A DNA stretch of 28,465 nucleotides from Octopus sinensis. Its lineage: Eukaryota. The stretch covers positions 1 to 28,465 of the forward strand of contig NW_021833498.1 in the NCBI RefSeq assembly GCF_006345805.1, written 5' to 3'. Positions 1 through 12,181 of this stretch are shown piece by piece (position 1 is the stretch's first letter; every line of letters begins with the position of its first letter). The position numbers were made by a program, and so were the translations under genes. Below the pieces are notes generated by a model. The model was not told the DNA's origin. It searched no databases and saw only the letters and a program-made list of their open reading frames with translations.

Positions 1-163
1 CCGAATGCCGTAAATGCATTTCAGTTTGAGAACGGACGCACAGCGTGTCTCCGTTTACTCGTCGTTCTTAATGTTCGAAAATATCATATTTGAACAAAAT
101 TAATGCGTGTGTGGGTCGAAATCTTCAGGAAATTTAAGCAAAAGCAAGGTGTAATCTTCCTCG

Positions 164-290
164 AACAACAACAACAACAACAACAACAACGACAACAACG
201 ACAACGACGACGACGACGACAACAACAACAACAACAAGACGACGACGACAACGACCACCACCACCACCACAGCAACAAGAAGAAGAAGAA
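164..290. repeat. Compound trinucleotide microsatellite (CAA/CGA/CAC/AAG)n
   Basis: Read directly; explains the poly-Q/R/D/H ORF 103..312 and its antisense ORF. Confidence 0.95.
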
Positions 291-398
291 TAAAAACATG
301 TCGTTTTATTAGAATTACTGAGTTTTATGAAAAAGCCATTATTTCACTTTTAATAGGAGCACTTTCAGATGTCCAATGTGCCAAAATGATAAAAATAG

Positions 399-400
<2 letters not shown>

Positions 401-460
<60 letters not shown>
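401..460. repeat. (TA)n microsatellite
   Basis: Read directly. Confidence 0.95.
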
Positions 461-897
461 AAAGAATAAAATTTTGTCACTTTCCTTTCACATTTTCCAT
501 TTAAAATGCTACTAACATCAAATAAATACATTGAATATCAAATAATTTTGACATTTTATATTTACTTTATTGTTAGCGTGTTTAAATTGAAACAATTAAT
601 CACGCCGTTAGGAAAGAAATGCGGACGAAACAAAGGAAAGAGGAAAACTAAAAATGGCCGTCATTTCATAGATGATGCGTTCACTTTCACTTTCATCTTA
701 ATTTCGTTTTGTTTTGTAATAACTTGCCGATTAAATCGATGTGTTTGATTGATTATAATCAATGGTCGCAATCGATGATATTGCAATTGCGTCGAACTCG
801 ATGTCATCGAAAGAGATTTGATCGATCAGGCCTCTGATCTACGTGGTTGCTCGATGTACTTTTGGAAGTTTTAGAAACTTTTAAACAGGCTCTTTTG

Positions 898-993
898 CAC
901 ACACACACACACCACACACACACACACCACACACACACTCGCACATGAATATGCATACACACGCGCGCGCACACACTACAGATATACATACAC
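898..993. repeat. Imperfect (CA)n microsatellite
   Basis: Read directly. Confidence 0.9.
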
Positions 994-1126
994 ACAGCTT
1001 AAAGGCTGTAGGATGTGTGATGAAAAATCTCCAGAAAATGGACATAAAATACGAACAATAATAAACAAGTTAAGAACGACTATACGACAAGAAAAAAATG
1101 GCCATCCCGAAATATAACAATATATA

Positions 1127-1240
1127 TAGATCGCTAGCCATGATAGATCGCTAGCCATGATAGATCGCTAGCCATGATAGATCGCTAGCCATGATAGATC
1201 GCTAGCCATGATAGATCGCTAGCCATGATAGATCGCTAGC
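1127..1240. repeat. 17-bp minisatellite (TAGATCGCTAGCCATGA) x6.7
   Basis: Identical units start at 1127, 1144, 1161, 1178, 1195, 1212; partial unit at 1229. Confidence 0.97.
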
Positions 1241-1250
1241 TACTACACAT

Positions 1251-1654
1251 TACTCTTTACTCTTTTACTTGTTTCAGTCATTTGACTGCGGCCATGCTGG
1301 GGCACCGCCTTTAATCGAGCAACTCGACCTCGGAACTATTTCTTTTTGTAAGCCCAGTACTTATTCTATCGGTCTCTTTTGCCGAACCGCTAAGTTACGG
1401 GGAAATAAACACACCAGCATCGTCTGTCAAGCAATGCTAGGGTGACAAAAACAGACACACAAACATACACACACACAGGTATATATACATATATACGACG
1501 GGCTTCTTTTCAGTTTCCGTCTACCATATTCACTCACAAGGCTTTGGTCGGCCCGAGGCAATAGCAGAAGACACTTGCCCAAGGTGCCACGCAGTGGGAC
1601 TGAACCCGGAACCATGTGGTTGGTAAACAAGCTACTTACCACACAGCCACTCCT
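1251..1654 (-). mobile_element. tRNA-derived SINE, near full length (octopus OR/OK-like type)
   Basis: Minus strand starts AGGAGTGGCTGTGTGGTAAG (A box) ... GGTTCAGTCCC (B box), then a CORE-like CACCTTGGGCAAGTGTCTTC, an internal TA/TG repeat and a GAGTAAA-type tail. Homologous pieces at 4811-5005, 5954-5997 and 26263-26477. Confidence 0.85.
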
Positions 1655-1905
1655 TTTATTTTCTCTTCTTGTTCCTTTCTGTGGAAAAGCGTAGGCCTAA
1701 ATGTGTAACTCGGAGTAGCCAGAGACTAACTCGAACAAAATAATATAAAGTCAAGAAATATGAACTGAATACGTTTATTTTACCAGTTGATATTCATAAG
1801 ATTTTGATCGTTTCGCAGCCAACAACATGAAAAAATAATTTATTTTAGTGAGTAATAAATCATTTTACATGTCTGTATTAGTGTATATATTATAAATTAC
1901 AAAGT

Positions 1906-2266
1906 ACGCCGGGCAGCGGTGTTTCGTCTGCCGTTACGTCCTGAGTTCAAATTCCGCCGAGGTCGACTTTGCCTTTTATCCTTTCGGGGTCGATAAATTA
2001 AGTACCAGTTACGCACTGGGGTCGATGTAATCGACTTAATCCATTTGTCTGTCCTTGTTTGTCTCCTCTGTGTTTAGCCCCCTGTGGGTAGTAAAGAAAT
2101 AGGTATTTCGTCTGCCGTTACGTTGTGAGTTCAAATTCCGCCGAGGTCGACTTTGCCTTTCATCCTTTCGGGGTCGATAAATTAAATACCAGTTGAATAC
2201 AGGGATAGATCTAATCGACTGATCCCTTCCCCCAAAATTTCGGGCCTTGTGCCTAGAGTAGAAAAG
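1906..2266 (+). mobile_element. 5'-truncated dimeric SINE: two tandem units sharing a GAGTTCAAATTCC B-box body but with different tails
   Basis: GGT(G/A)TTTCGTCTGCCGTTACG...GAGTTCAAATTCCGCCGAGGTCGACTTTGCC...GGGGTCGATAAATTAA occurs at about 1918 and again at about 2102. Confidence 0.85.
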
Positions 2267-2480
2267 TATAAATTATATTGTACAATTTACATGGTAATAC
2301 AGGTTAAGAATGGTGGTTCATCAGATCATGGAATATCAAGATAACATCCATTCTTCAATTCAATATATACATACAAAGGCAAACAGTCAACTTGGAAATA
2401 TTAATGTATGGAAGACAATGATTAATAAAGCAGTTTTATATGGAAGGGTGAGCAAAAGTTAATAAGATATTAAAAAGTAA

Positions 2481-2492
2481 TGTATGTGTGTG

Positions 2493-2534
<42 letters not shown>

Positions 2535-2560
2535 TATATATATATGTATGTTTGTATGTG
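2481..2560. repeat. Compound (TG)/(CA)/(TA) microsatellite
   Basis: Read directly. Confidence 0.9.
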
Positions 2561-2574
2561 TTCTATTTGATGTA

Positions 2575-3500
2575 TTTTAGGAATATTTTATAAGCCCATT
2601 TCCAAAGGTATTTTAATTTCCGTTAATATTTGATGCATATATTTTATTTTATATTGTATTATAATGAAATGTCTAGGAATTCTTTTCAATATACCAATAT
2701 CATTATAAAATAATCCTTATTTTATTTTATTCTATATCCTTATTTATATCACTTCTATACCTTTTATATCATTCTGTAAAAGATATTATAAATTTTAAAA
2801 TTTTATATCATTAAATATTTATGTATTTATAGACCCTCTTATACATTTGTATAGCCTTTATAGGTTATAAATGGTTTGGCAGTTTATAATTTCTTTACAT
2901 AAAACTCACTATAATATACTATATTTTTATATTTTTAATTAATTATTATATTTTATAAATTTTCACATTTTACATTTTATATTTGTATACATCTATATAT
3001 CCTTTTATATACTTTCACTATTATTAAAAAAATTCTGACAATTCATAAGGTTTCTTTTTATATAATTCACTGGATATATGAATTCTTATTTTATTATATT
3101 TTTTAATCACGCAGTATATTCATTAAGTGTTTATATGCCCAAATTTGTTTAAATATTGTATCCAAACGTACTGCGTCATGCATTTGAAATATCTCTAATT
3201 TAATTACCCCGTTTACTGGATACCATTTCTTACAATCTCTTATATTTATCCACCCGTAATGAAGTGAAAAGTTCCTATATTAGTTTAACGTATACGATAC
3301 ATTCCTATTCGTATGATAATTTAATTTCGTTAGACTTTCATTATAAAATATCTTTACCGTGATCTTCTATACACTGTGTTTATGAAAAATCTTAATATAT
3401 CTTCTCTTATATATTAAAGTATCCCATTATTAAGTTTTAGATTTAATTTCTAACCTTCTATATATTGATTTAAATTTTCTTGCGTTAACATTACAAATTT
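2575..3500 (-). pseudogene. Putative heavily eroded LINE (RTE-like) AP-endonuclease fossil
   Basis: One minus frame carries CNVNAR (3495-3478), WD-TLIY-KRR (from 3426) and FQMHDA (3189-3172). Spacing resembles the YNAR / WDIIGLSEVRR / IQVYAP motifs recalled for RTE endonucleases. Several stops; the lower boundary is uncertain. Confidence 0.4.
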
Positions 3501-3519
3501 ACTAAGTTATAATATACTA

Positions 3520-3690
3520 GGAGAGTTTACGAAAAAAACAACAACAAAAGACGAAGACAGGTGGTGTACAAAACAAAACAGATGTATTAGTATAACGCTC
3601 AGGGATAGCAAAAGTCTTTTACTTTTCGAGCCTACGCTCTTCTACAGAAAGGGACACAGAAAAAACAAGGAGAGAAAAAAATGTGTGTAG
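3520..3690 (-). repeat. Unclassified interspersed repeat fragment
   Basis: Reverse complement CCTTTCTGTAGAAGAGCGTAGGC matches CCTTTCTGTGGAAAAGCGTAGGC at about 1675-1697 on +. Confidence 0.55.
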
Positions 3691-4771
3691 TGGCTACCTC
3701 CCTTATTCTCTAATTCTAAATTTCACTCCTAAATTTTATATTACTTATTCCTTTGGATTTTCCTGATATTCCCCTTTAATATGAGAATCAAAATAAGTGT
3801 TGGCCCTTCCTATCCTCCTTTCTTTCAGTTATCATCCCTTCCCATCAGGCATTCCCTTAACATTACCCTACGCCCTATCCTTTTGTGTAGATAAAGCTAA
3901 ATATATGGTTCCAATACATTAAGACTATAGCAGATTGTCTGACATTAACTGATTTATCTCCATTTACAAGAATACAGTTGACAATGAATTTGATTCTAAA
4001 TGGTTCTACATCCTTCATATTGTCTTCCAAGTGTAACTAACTAGGTCACCACTCTTTTTATCCTGACACCCACTATTTCCTCTGCTACTCTCCAAACTTA
4101 TAGCAGACGTGACAAGGTATGCATTACTTTCTAAACTCATTCTGCCAGAGATACGACAACAGAAACAATGAATATGTTAAAGCAGCAGTTGTATCCTTTA
4201 TGTTTGAAGTCTATGAGGTCATCTGACGAGAACGGTTTATTTCAAATGATGGAATGTTTTCATTAATCAGTTAAAGGAGTCGCTTGAAACGACCGTAAAG
4301 AATTGACACCTGTGTATCTTTGTTACTCATATTTTATTCCCCTACCTTGGAATCTGCACTTCGGAAATACTATAGAAAGTACCATTATATAAAGTACATG
4401 TCTGAACTACTAAGAGCGGATATCTTCACTCAGCTAGGTTGCGTTGTTTGCACGCACGGCAAGAATATCAGGTGCAAGCACTCCTGCACAGAGTTTTGAT
4501 ATTCAATATTCAGTTAATATTGTTTGGGTGTGCGGACTATACCGACCAAATCAGGTACCTCAATTTAAGTACCTAATTCAACGGAATCTTATATATAATT
4601 GGTACCAATTATATACGCTTTTATTATTTTTTTGCAATTTACTTAATCATTGAAATTTTATTGTTATTTTAATTTTAATATTTCTAATATATATATATAT
4701 ATATTATATATATATATGTTTGAACTTTATATGTTTGAACTATATATGTATATGTGTGTATAGTTCAAATT

Positions 4772-4805
<34 letters not shown>

Positions 4806-4810
4806 GTGCG

Positions 4811-5005
4811 TGTGTGTGTTTGTGTTTGTCCCCACCACTGCTTAACATCCGGTGTTAGCGTGTTTACGTTCTCGTAACTTATCGGTTCGGCAAAAGAGAC
4901 CGATAGAATAAGCACCGAGCTTTTAAAAAAGTACTGGCGTCGATTTATTCTTCAAGGCGGTGCCTCTGTATGGCGGCAGTTTAAAATTATCGAAACAAGT
5001 AAAAA
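4811..5005 (+). mobile_element. 3' half of the same SINE family as 1251-1654
   Basis: GTAACTTA.CGGTTCGGCAAAAGAGACCGATAGAATAAG...AAGGCGGTGCC...GAAACAAGTAAAA matches the reverse complement of 1255-1440. Confidence 0.85.
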
Positions 5006-5020
5006 AAATAAAATCTCTTT

Positions 5021-5098
5021 GGTCTTAGAATGCCGTTCAGTGGAATCGAACCTGAGTTTGCGAAGTTGCGAAACGTCCTTTTTAACCATGTAGCCATG
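5021..5098 (-). mobile_element. Decayed SINE tRNA-like head
   Basis: Minus strand TGGCTACATGGTT (A box) ... GGTTCGATTCCACTG (B box), similar to the head at 1580-1654. Confidence 0.6.
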
Positions 5099-5953
5099 GT
5101 TGTCGGGAAGTCACCTAACTACATAATTTCATTGGAATGCATTAACCAATGGAAACATTATATCAAGAAATAAAAGCGTGAAAAATGATTTCTCTGGTGA
5201 AGAAACAAAAGAAAAAAAAAGCAAAAACAAAAACAAAAAGAAATAAAAAAACGTTGCGTTTCAATTAGCATAATTTTAATTAAACAATAATTTACTCCCT
5301 CTCTTCTTACTAAATAACAAAAAACAATAACAAAAATGAAACGTGACGAAATTATGACAGAAAATAAAATGACAAAAAAAAAAAACCGAATAAAGGAAAT
5401 ATTTTGGGGGAAAATATATAAAAAAGAAATGAAAATTGAGAATAAAAACCGAGGAAAAAATATTTCTTAAAAAATTTTTTTTATAAAAAAAATAATTTTC
5501 ATAAATGTAAACAAATGAGCTTAACAGGAAATAACTACAAAATGCCTCAAGGTGATTGATCATCGATCATTGATCGGTGATCAGTGAGGAGAAGATAATA
5601 TTAATTCCGGGTTATTATTCTGGTTTTTGGGAAAATTGAATAAGACAAAATAAAAAAAACAAAACAAAGAAAAACGCAAAAAACTTAAAAAAAACAAAAA
5701 AAGAAACAAAAACAACAAAAAATTCTGTTAGTTTGAATACCTCAAGACATGTTCACTCGCTGTTTGAACCAACGAAAGTATGTTTATTGTGGTCAATTAC
5801 CTTGCTAGAAATAACAACCAAATTCCTATCAAATCACATATTACTGGCTTATAAGCGGAATGTCAAAATGATTCTCGGTGTACAGGATTTCATGAATAAT
5901 ACAATTGGTGATAGATCAGCGGGAACATAATACACTGGATAACGTAGACCTTG

Positions 5954-5997
5954 CTGGCTGTGTGGTAAGTAGCTTGCTTCCCAACCACATGGTTCCA
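5954..5997 (+). mobile_element. Truncated SINE head fragment
   Basis: TGGCTGTGTGGTAAGTAGCTTGCTTCCCAACCACATGGTTCC is nearly identical to the head of the 1251-1654 SINE. Confidence 0.8.
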
Positions 5998-6018
5998 GAT
6001 TATATATAATATAATATA

Positions 6019-6333
6019 ATCACCATGATCATCACCGTGGCCGACCAGACTATCAGATGTTGCTACACATCGCTGGTCACAATGCGCTTCACATAGTTTT
6101 AGCCTTCGAATGACGCCACCCCGCTGGCTAAGCGAGCAGGCCAACAGAAGAAAGAGTGAGAGCAAGTTGCGGCGAAAGAGTACAGTAGGAATCGCCACCA
6201 TCCTCTGCCGGAGCCTCGTGGAGCTTTAGGTGCTTCGCTCAATAAACACTCACAAGGCCCGGTCTGGGAATCGAAACCGTGATCCTACGACCGCGAGTCC
6301 ACTTCCCTAACCACTGGGCCATTGCGCCTCCAC
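6019..6333 (-). mobile_element. tRNA-derived SINE, second family, full length
   Basis: Minus strand GGAGGCGCAATGGCCCAGTGGTTAGG (A box) ... GGTTTCGATTCCC (B box), a body of about 240 bp and a short GTGATCATG-type tail. Confidence 0.8.
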
Positions 6334-6424
6334 ATAATAATATAATATAATATAATATAATATAATATAATATAATATAATATAATATAATATAATATAA
6401 TATAATATAATATAATATAATATA

Positions 6425-6459
<35 letters not shown>

Positions 6460-6460
6460 A
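6334..6460. repeat. (TATAA)n followed by (TA)n
   Basis: Read directly. Confidence 0.95.
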
Positions 6461-6463
6461 TAT

Positions 6464-6800
6464 TAAGACACCCTTCGGTCATGAATGACCATGGGATTGC
6501 ACTAGAAAGTTACCCTCCTAGACACAAGTCCGGGCAAGGTTGTTTATGGAAGGCCAGCAGTCGCCCATGCATACCAGCCTCCCCCTCTCCACGCCACCAG
6601 TGTTATCCAAGGGAAAGACAAAGGTCGATACAGCTTGGCACCTGTGACGTCGCAACTCATTTCTACAGCTGAGTGAACTGGAGCAACGTGAAATAAAGTG
6701 CCTTGCTCGAGAACACAATATGCAGCCCGGTCCGGGATTCGAGCTCACAACCTCACGATCGTAAGCTCGACGCTCTAACCACTGAGCCATGCGCCTTCAC
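6464..6800 (-). mobile_element. tRNA-derived SINE, third family, with a CORE/V-like central domain
   Basis: Minus strand GGCGCATGGCTCAGTGGTTAGAGCG (A box) ... GCTCGAATCCC (B box), then GAGCAAGGCACTTTATTTCACGTTGCTCCAGTTCACTCAGCTGT. Confidence 0.8.
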
Positions 6801-6858
6801 ATATATAATATATATATGTATATATACACACATATATATTCACACACACACCCACATA

Positions 6859-6962
6859 CGTGGGGTGTATGAAAATCTTGAGCCTCAAAAAACAAAACAC
6901 GGTACAAGACTTCTGATGAAGGTACAAGACTTCAAAGCTCACAACCTTTCATACACCCCTTG
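6859..6962. mobile_element. Tc1/mariner-like MITE, 104 bp
   Basis: Inverted termini CGTGGGGTGTATGAAAA and TTTCATACACCCCTTG (13-bp perfect core), flanked by TA at 6857-58 and 6963-64. Confidence 0.7.
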
Positions 6963-8117
6963 TACATATGTGTGTTGTGTATGCATGTGTGGTGTGTTGT
7001 GTGTGTGTTGTGTGTGTGTATTTGTGTGTATGAATGTATGCATAAGTGTGTGTTTATTACATTTAACCGACAGAAAGTTACAAAATTGACAGAAAGTCTG
7101 TGAGTTTCGTTCATTACAAGTGCCATGGACGAAAACTACACACAAATGCCCGTGCACCCATACCACACGCATATAAGAACTAGATGTAAAATCAGAAATG
7201 GTTAGTCATGGCTGGAATGTCATAGTCTTAGATCGACAATGAGTAGTATTTGGTTGACGGAAACTGTATGGAACCCGTCGGAGAAATTGAACTGTGCGTA
7301 TTCTTGGGTATGAAATTTAATTAAAAATTTCTATGGTTGTGGTCCTTTGGGGAAATTATTCTCCGGTCTAATGGGGACTTATACTCTTCCCTGCCTTCAA
7401 AATAGCCATATCGGCTGCTCTCTTACCTCTGATGACACCATAAAAGACGTTACAGGTGCAGTATACGACTAACTACTGACCACACAAACAGTAAGATAAA
7501 AATAACAGTAAGATATGAAATATGATATTTGTGTGTATAATATTTAGCACTACAATATACTACCAAATAATGACCATATATTTAAAAACAACACATATAT
7601 ATACAAGGAACATAACAGCGCAATTCTGTCAAGATATTGTTGGTTTAAGAAAATAAAACATTGTTTGTTTTTTTTTAAGTTATCGAATTGTTTTTTCTGT
7701 CTACTAAATTGAATGAGCATGCTCCGGGCGAGCAACAAGTTAAACGAAATAAGTTATTCAAAAAACAATATACGGCACAAATACATTCATACATACAGTA
7801 GAAATTCTTTGGTTTCCGAATTCAGTTTTTCCAGCAACCATTTTTAGTTATATTGGGAGAGATAGAGAGAGAGCTACTAATTTTATACAAAAACTGGAAT
7901 TAGTTAAACGGAAAAACATAAAAACTAACTCAGCATCTATTCATACATATTAAAATACTGCCTTTCAGGTATCAGAAGTAATAATAGTTATAAAAAAGAC
8001 ATGAAATACCAACAACATATGTTAAATAATATATTCAGACATTACATAATAGCAATACATTTTCAGATGTTGGCTGTTATAATAGTTAGTTATAGAAAAT
8101 ACACTAAAACACTGACA

Positions 8118-8205
8118 ATATATATAAATATATATATATATATCTATATCTATCTATATATATATCTATCTACCTACCTATCTACCTACCTACCTACCTA
8201 CCTAC

Positions 8206-8265
<60 letters not shown>

Positions 8266-8295
8266 ATATATATATCTACCTACCTACCTACCTAC

Positions 8296-8370
<75 letters not shown>
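8118..8370 (+). repeat. Compound (TA)n-(TACC)n-(TATC)n microsatellite, left target tract of the Tx1-like array
   Basis: Read directly; abuts the truncated 5' end of copy A. Confidence 0.95.
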
Positions 8371-10014
<1,644 letters not shown>

Positions 10015-10211
10015 CGGACGTGCTGTCACTTCGGCTCCGAAGGTAATCGTTTATTTTGACTATTTATAGCCCATATTTTGTGTACATTTTTGTAAATAAG
10101 GTGTGTAAGGCACCCAACTTTCGTTTGAGTGCTTTTCCAAGGGAGGAATTCGCCCCTAGGGGCAGTTTCAACCTCATTTCATTTCTGTGATTTTCTACTC
10201 GACATTAGAAA

Positions 10212-12124
10212 ATGTCTAGAAATTTTATTGTAGAACGCTGGTCGCGTTCCTTTATGGACCAGCATTTTCCTAGTTTGGAAACGCTAGGAGAAGAAAATAA
10301 GAACTCATGCACGCAAAGTGCAAACATGAATATCGTTGGAATGAACGCTGCAACCACGTGCGGTAACAGCACCACCACCACCACCACTAACAACAGCAAC
10401 CACGAGACTACTACTGCTACCACCACCACCTCCACCACCACCACCACCACCACCACCACCACCACTACCACCAGAACCAACATAAATGATAAAAATGAAA
10501 CTCACGCGAATACTATTAAGAAAAACAACAACAACAACAACAACAAGAACAACAATAAAAATGAACTATCTAATAGTGAAGATGTTAATACAAAAAAATC
10601 AACAACACCAGTAAATTTCGCTGACACTCTGCGTCAGAAGAAAGAGATTGTAACATTTACAAATGAAGAGCTCAAAGAAACAAGAGCTCTCTTTACAACC
10701 CGTGGGCAAGATTTAGTGCTACATACACCTCAACACATAAAGCAAGAAATAGAAAATAAGACAATTATATATAAAATTATAAGAAAAAACAAAAAACTAA
10801 ATGAACAGATTACAAAAACTGATGTAGAAAAATGCTTAAAAAACATAATGAAAGAAAAAGAATATATAAACTGGGGTCCCCAGTTTAACACAGTAGTGGT
10901 CCGCTTCCCTAACCAGGAAGTGGCAAAAGCTCACTCTACTGAGTCTCTGGGAAATGATGAAATCATCATGGTCCCATACTATAAAAACCAGAGAGTGAGT
11001 CGAATCACTATTAAAAATGTACCTCCCGAGATTCCTAACAAATGGATAACAGGGGCAATCTGTTTCCATTTAAAAAATATCAACATTTTGGAAACCACCG
11101 TGTACCTTGGCGACATTTGAGGTGGAAAGACAATAGTGGTGACCATACAGATTGAGGGGGCCTCTATCGATAGCCTACCGGATAAGATCCACTTGGAAAA
11201 TGGGCAATGCCTATATGTTGTAGCAGAAGGCAAAAAGCCTAGATGCTACAACTGTGGCAGCACCGAACATTTAATTGCCAAGTGCGCTCTAGTACAGAAA
11301 AACAAGAAAGAACAAATCAGAAAACAAATAAAAAACCCTTGTTGCCAACACCAACACCAACACCAACACACTCAATTATGGAACAATGCCAAGAAAAACA
11401 ACAAACCAGCAAACAAACCCCAACAACATCGCCAAGAAAAGAAACAGTACCAACACAATCACCGTTGACGTCACAACCAATTCAACATGTTGAATCAACA
11501 AAAAATAGACCAACACCCACACCGAGGACGACAATTAAAAAGACAGAAAACAGTGACGAGAAGACAAATTCTACCCCTAACACCACAACAACACAAACAC
11601 CGCACAAAACATCAACAATTTCTACAAGCATACATATGAACCCAAATGCTTTGCCTCTACCCCATACTGATACGTCGGACGACGAAAGTTCGACGGAATG
11701 GAAAATAGCCACAGGGGGTAAAAGGAAAAGATCCAAAAAATCCACCAAACAAGGAAGTAAAGCAGGGAGATATCTAACTCCGGACAACATCCCCCTAGAC
11801 AATCAAAAAAGCAATGAACCCGTAAAACCACACACACAACTAACTGGAATAGACACAGACAATAAAGAATTAATGGACTACATCACATCCAACACGGACA
11901 TATGTGAAGATGACTTTAAGACAAACAATCATCCGCACACCACAGCACCGAAACACATCAGAATTTTACATATAACACAAGCACAACACCACATACTGAA
12001 AACAATATTTCCGAATGCGGTAGGCGGGTTTCAACGATACCTGTCGAAAAAACTATACAAACACCTCATCAAAAACAATACAAAAGAAGAAGAAAAAAAT
12101 GAAACTTTTAAAATGAGTAAGTGA
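10212..12124 (+). pseudogene. ORF1 of copy B (gag-like nucleic-acid-binding protein), with one premature TGA (11118-20) and a frameshift near 11330
   Basis: ORFs 10212..11120 and 11136..11468 share a frame. CYNCGSTEHLIAKC is CX2CX4HX4C. The TGA aligns with TGG (Trp) in copy C. The frame continues in 11243..12124. Confidence 0.85.
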
Positions 12125-12181
12125 CCTCCCCTCTTGCCTCTTGTCTCTTCTAATGTAGTGTGTAAAACACAATTTTCGTAA

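Noticed and set aside
103-312. Poly-Q/R/D/H ORF as a possible exon
   Set aside because: Explained entirely by trinucleotide repeats; no splice or homology support
3605-3655. Hammerhead-like string on the minus strand (TAGAAGAGCGTAGGCTCGAAAAGT...ACTTT)
   Set aside because: Core CUGANGA is not intact and no stem I can be formed; at most a degenerate Penelope-type remnant
4380-4660. ORF 4444..4653 and surrounding unique sequence as a host exon
   Set aside because: No recognisable domain and no convincing splice-site pair
6715-6800. tRNA-like sequences here and at 1580-1654, 6255-6333 and 26263-26340 as true tRNA genes
   Set aside because: They run into SINE bodies and lack a complete cloverleaf or acceptor stem
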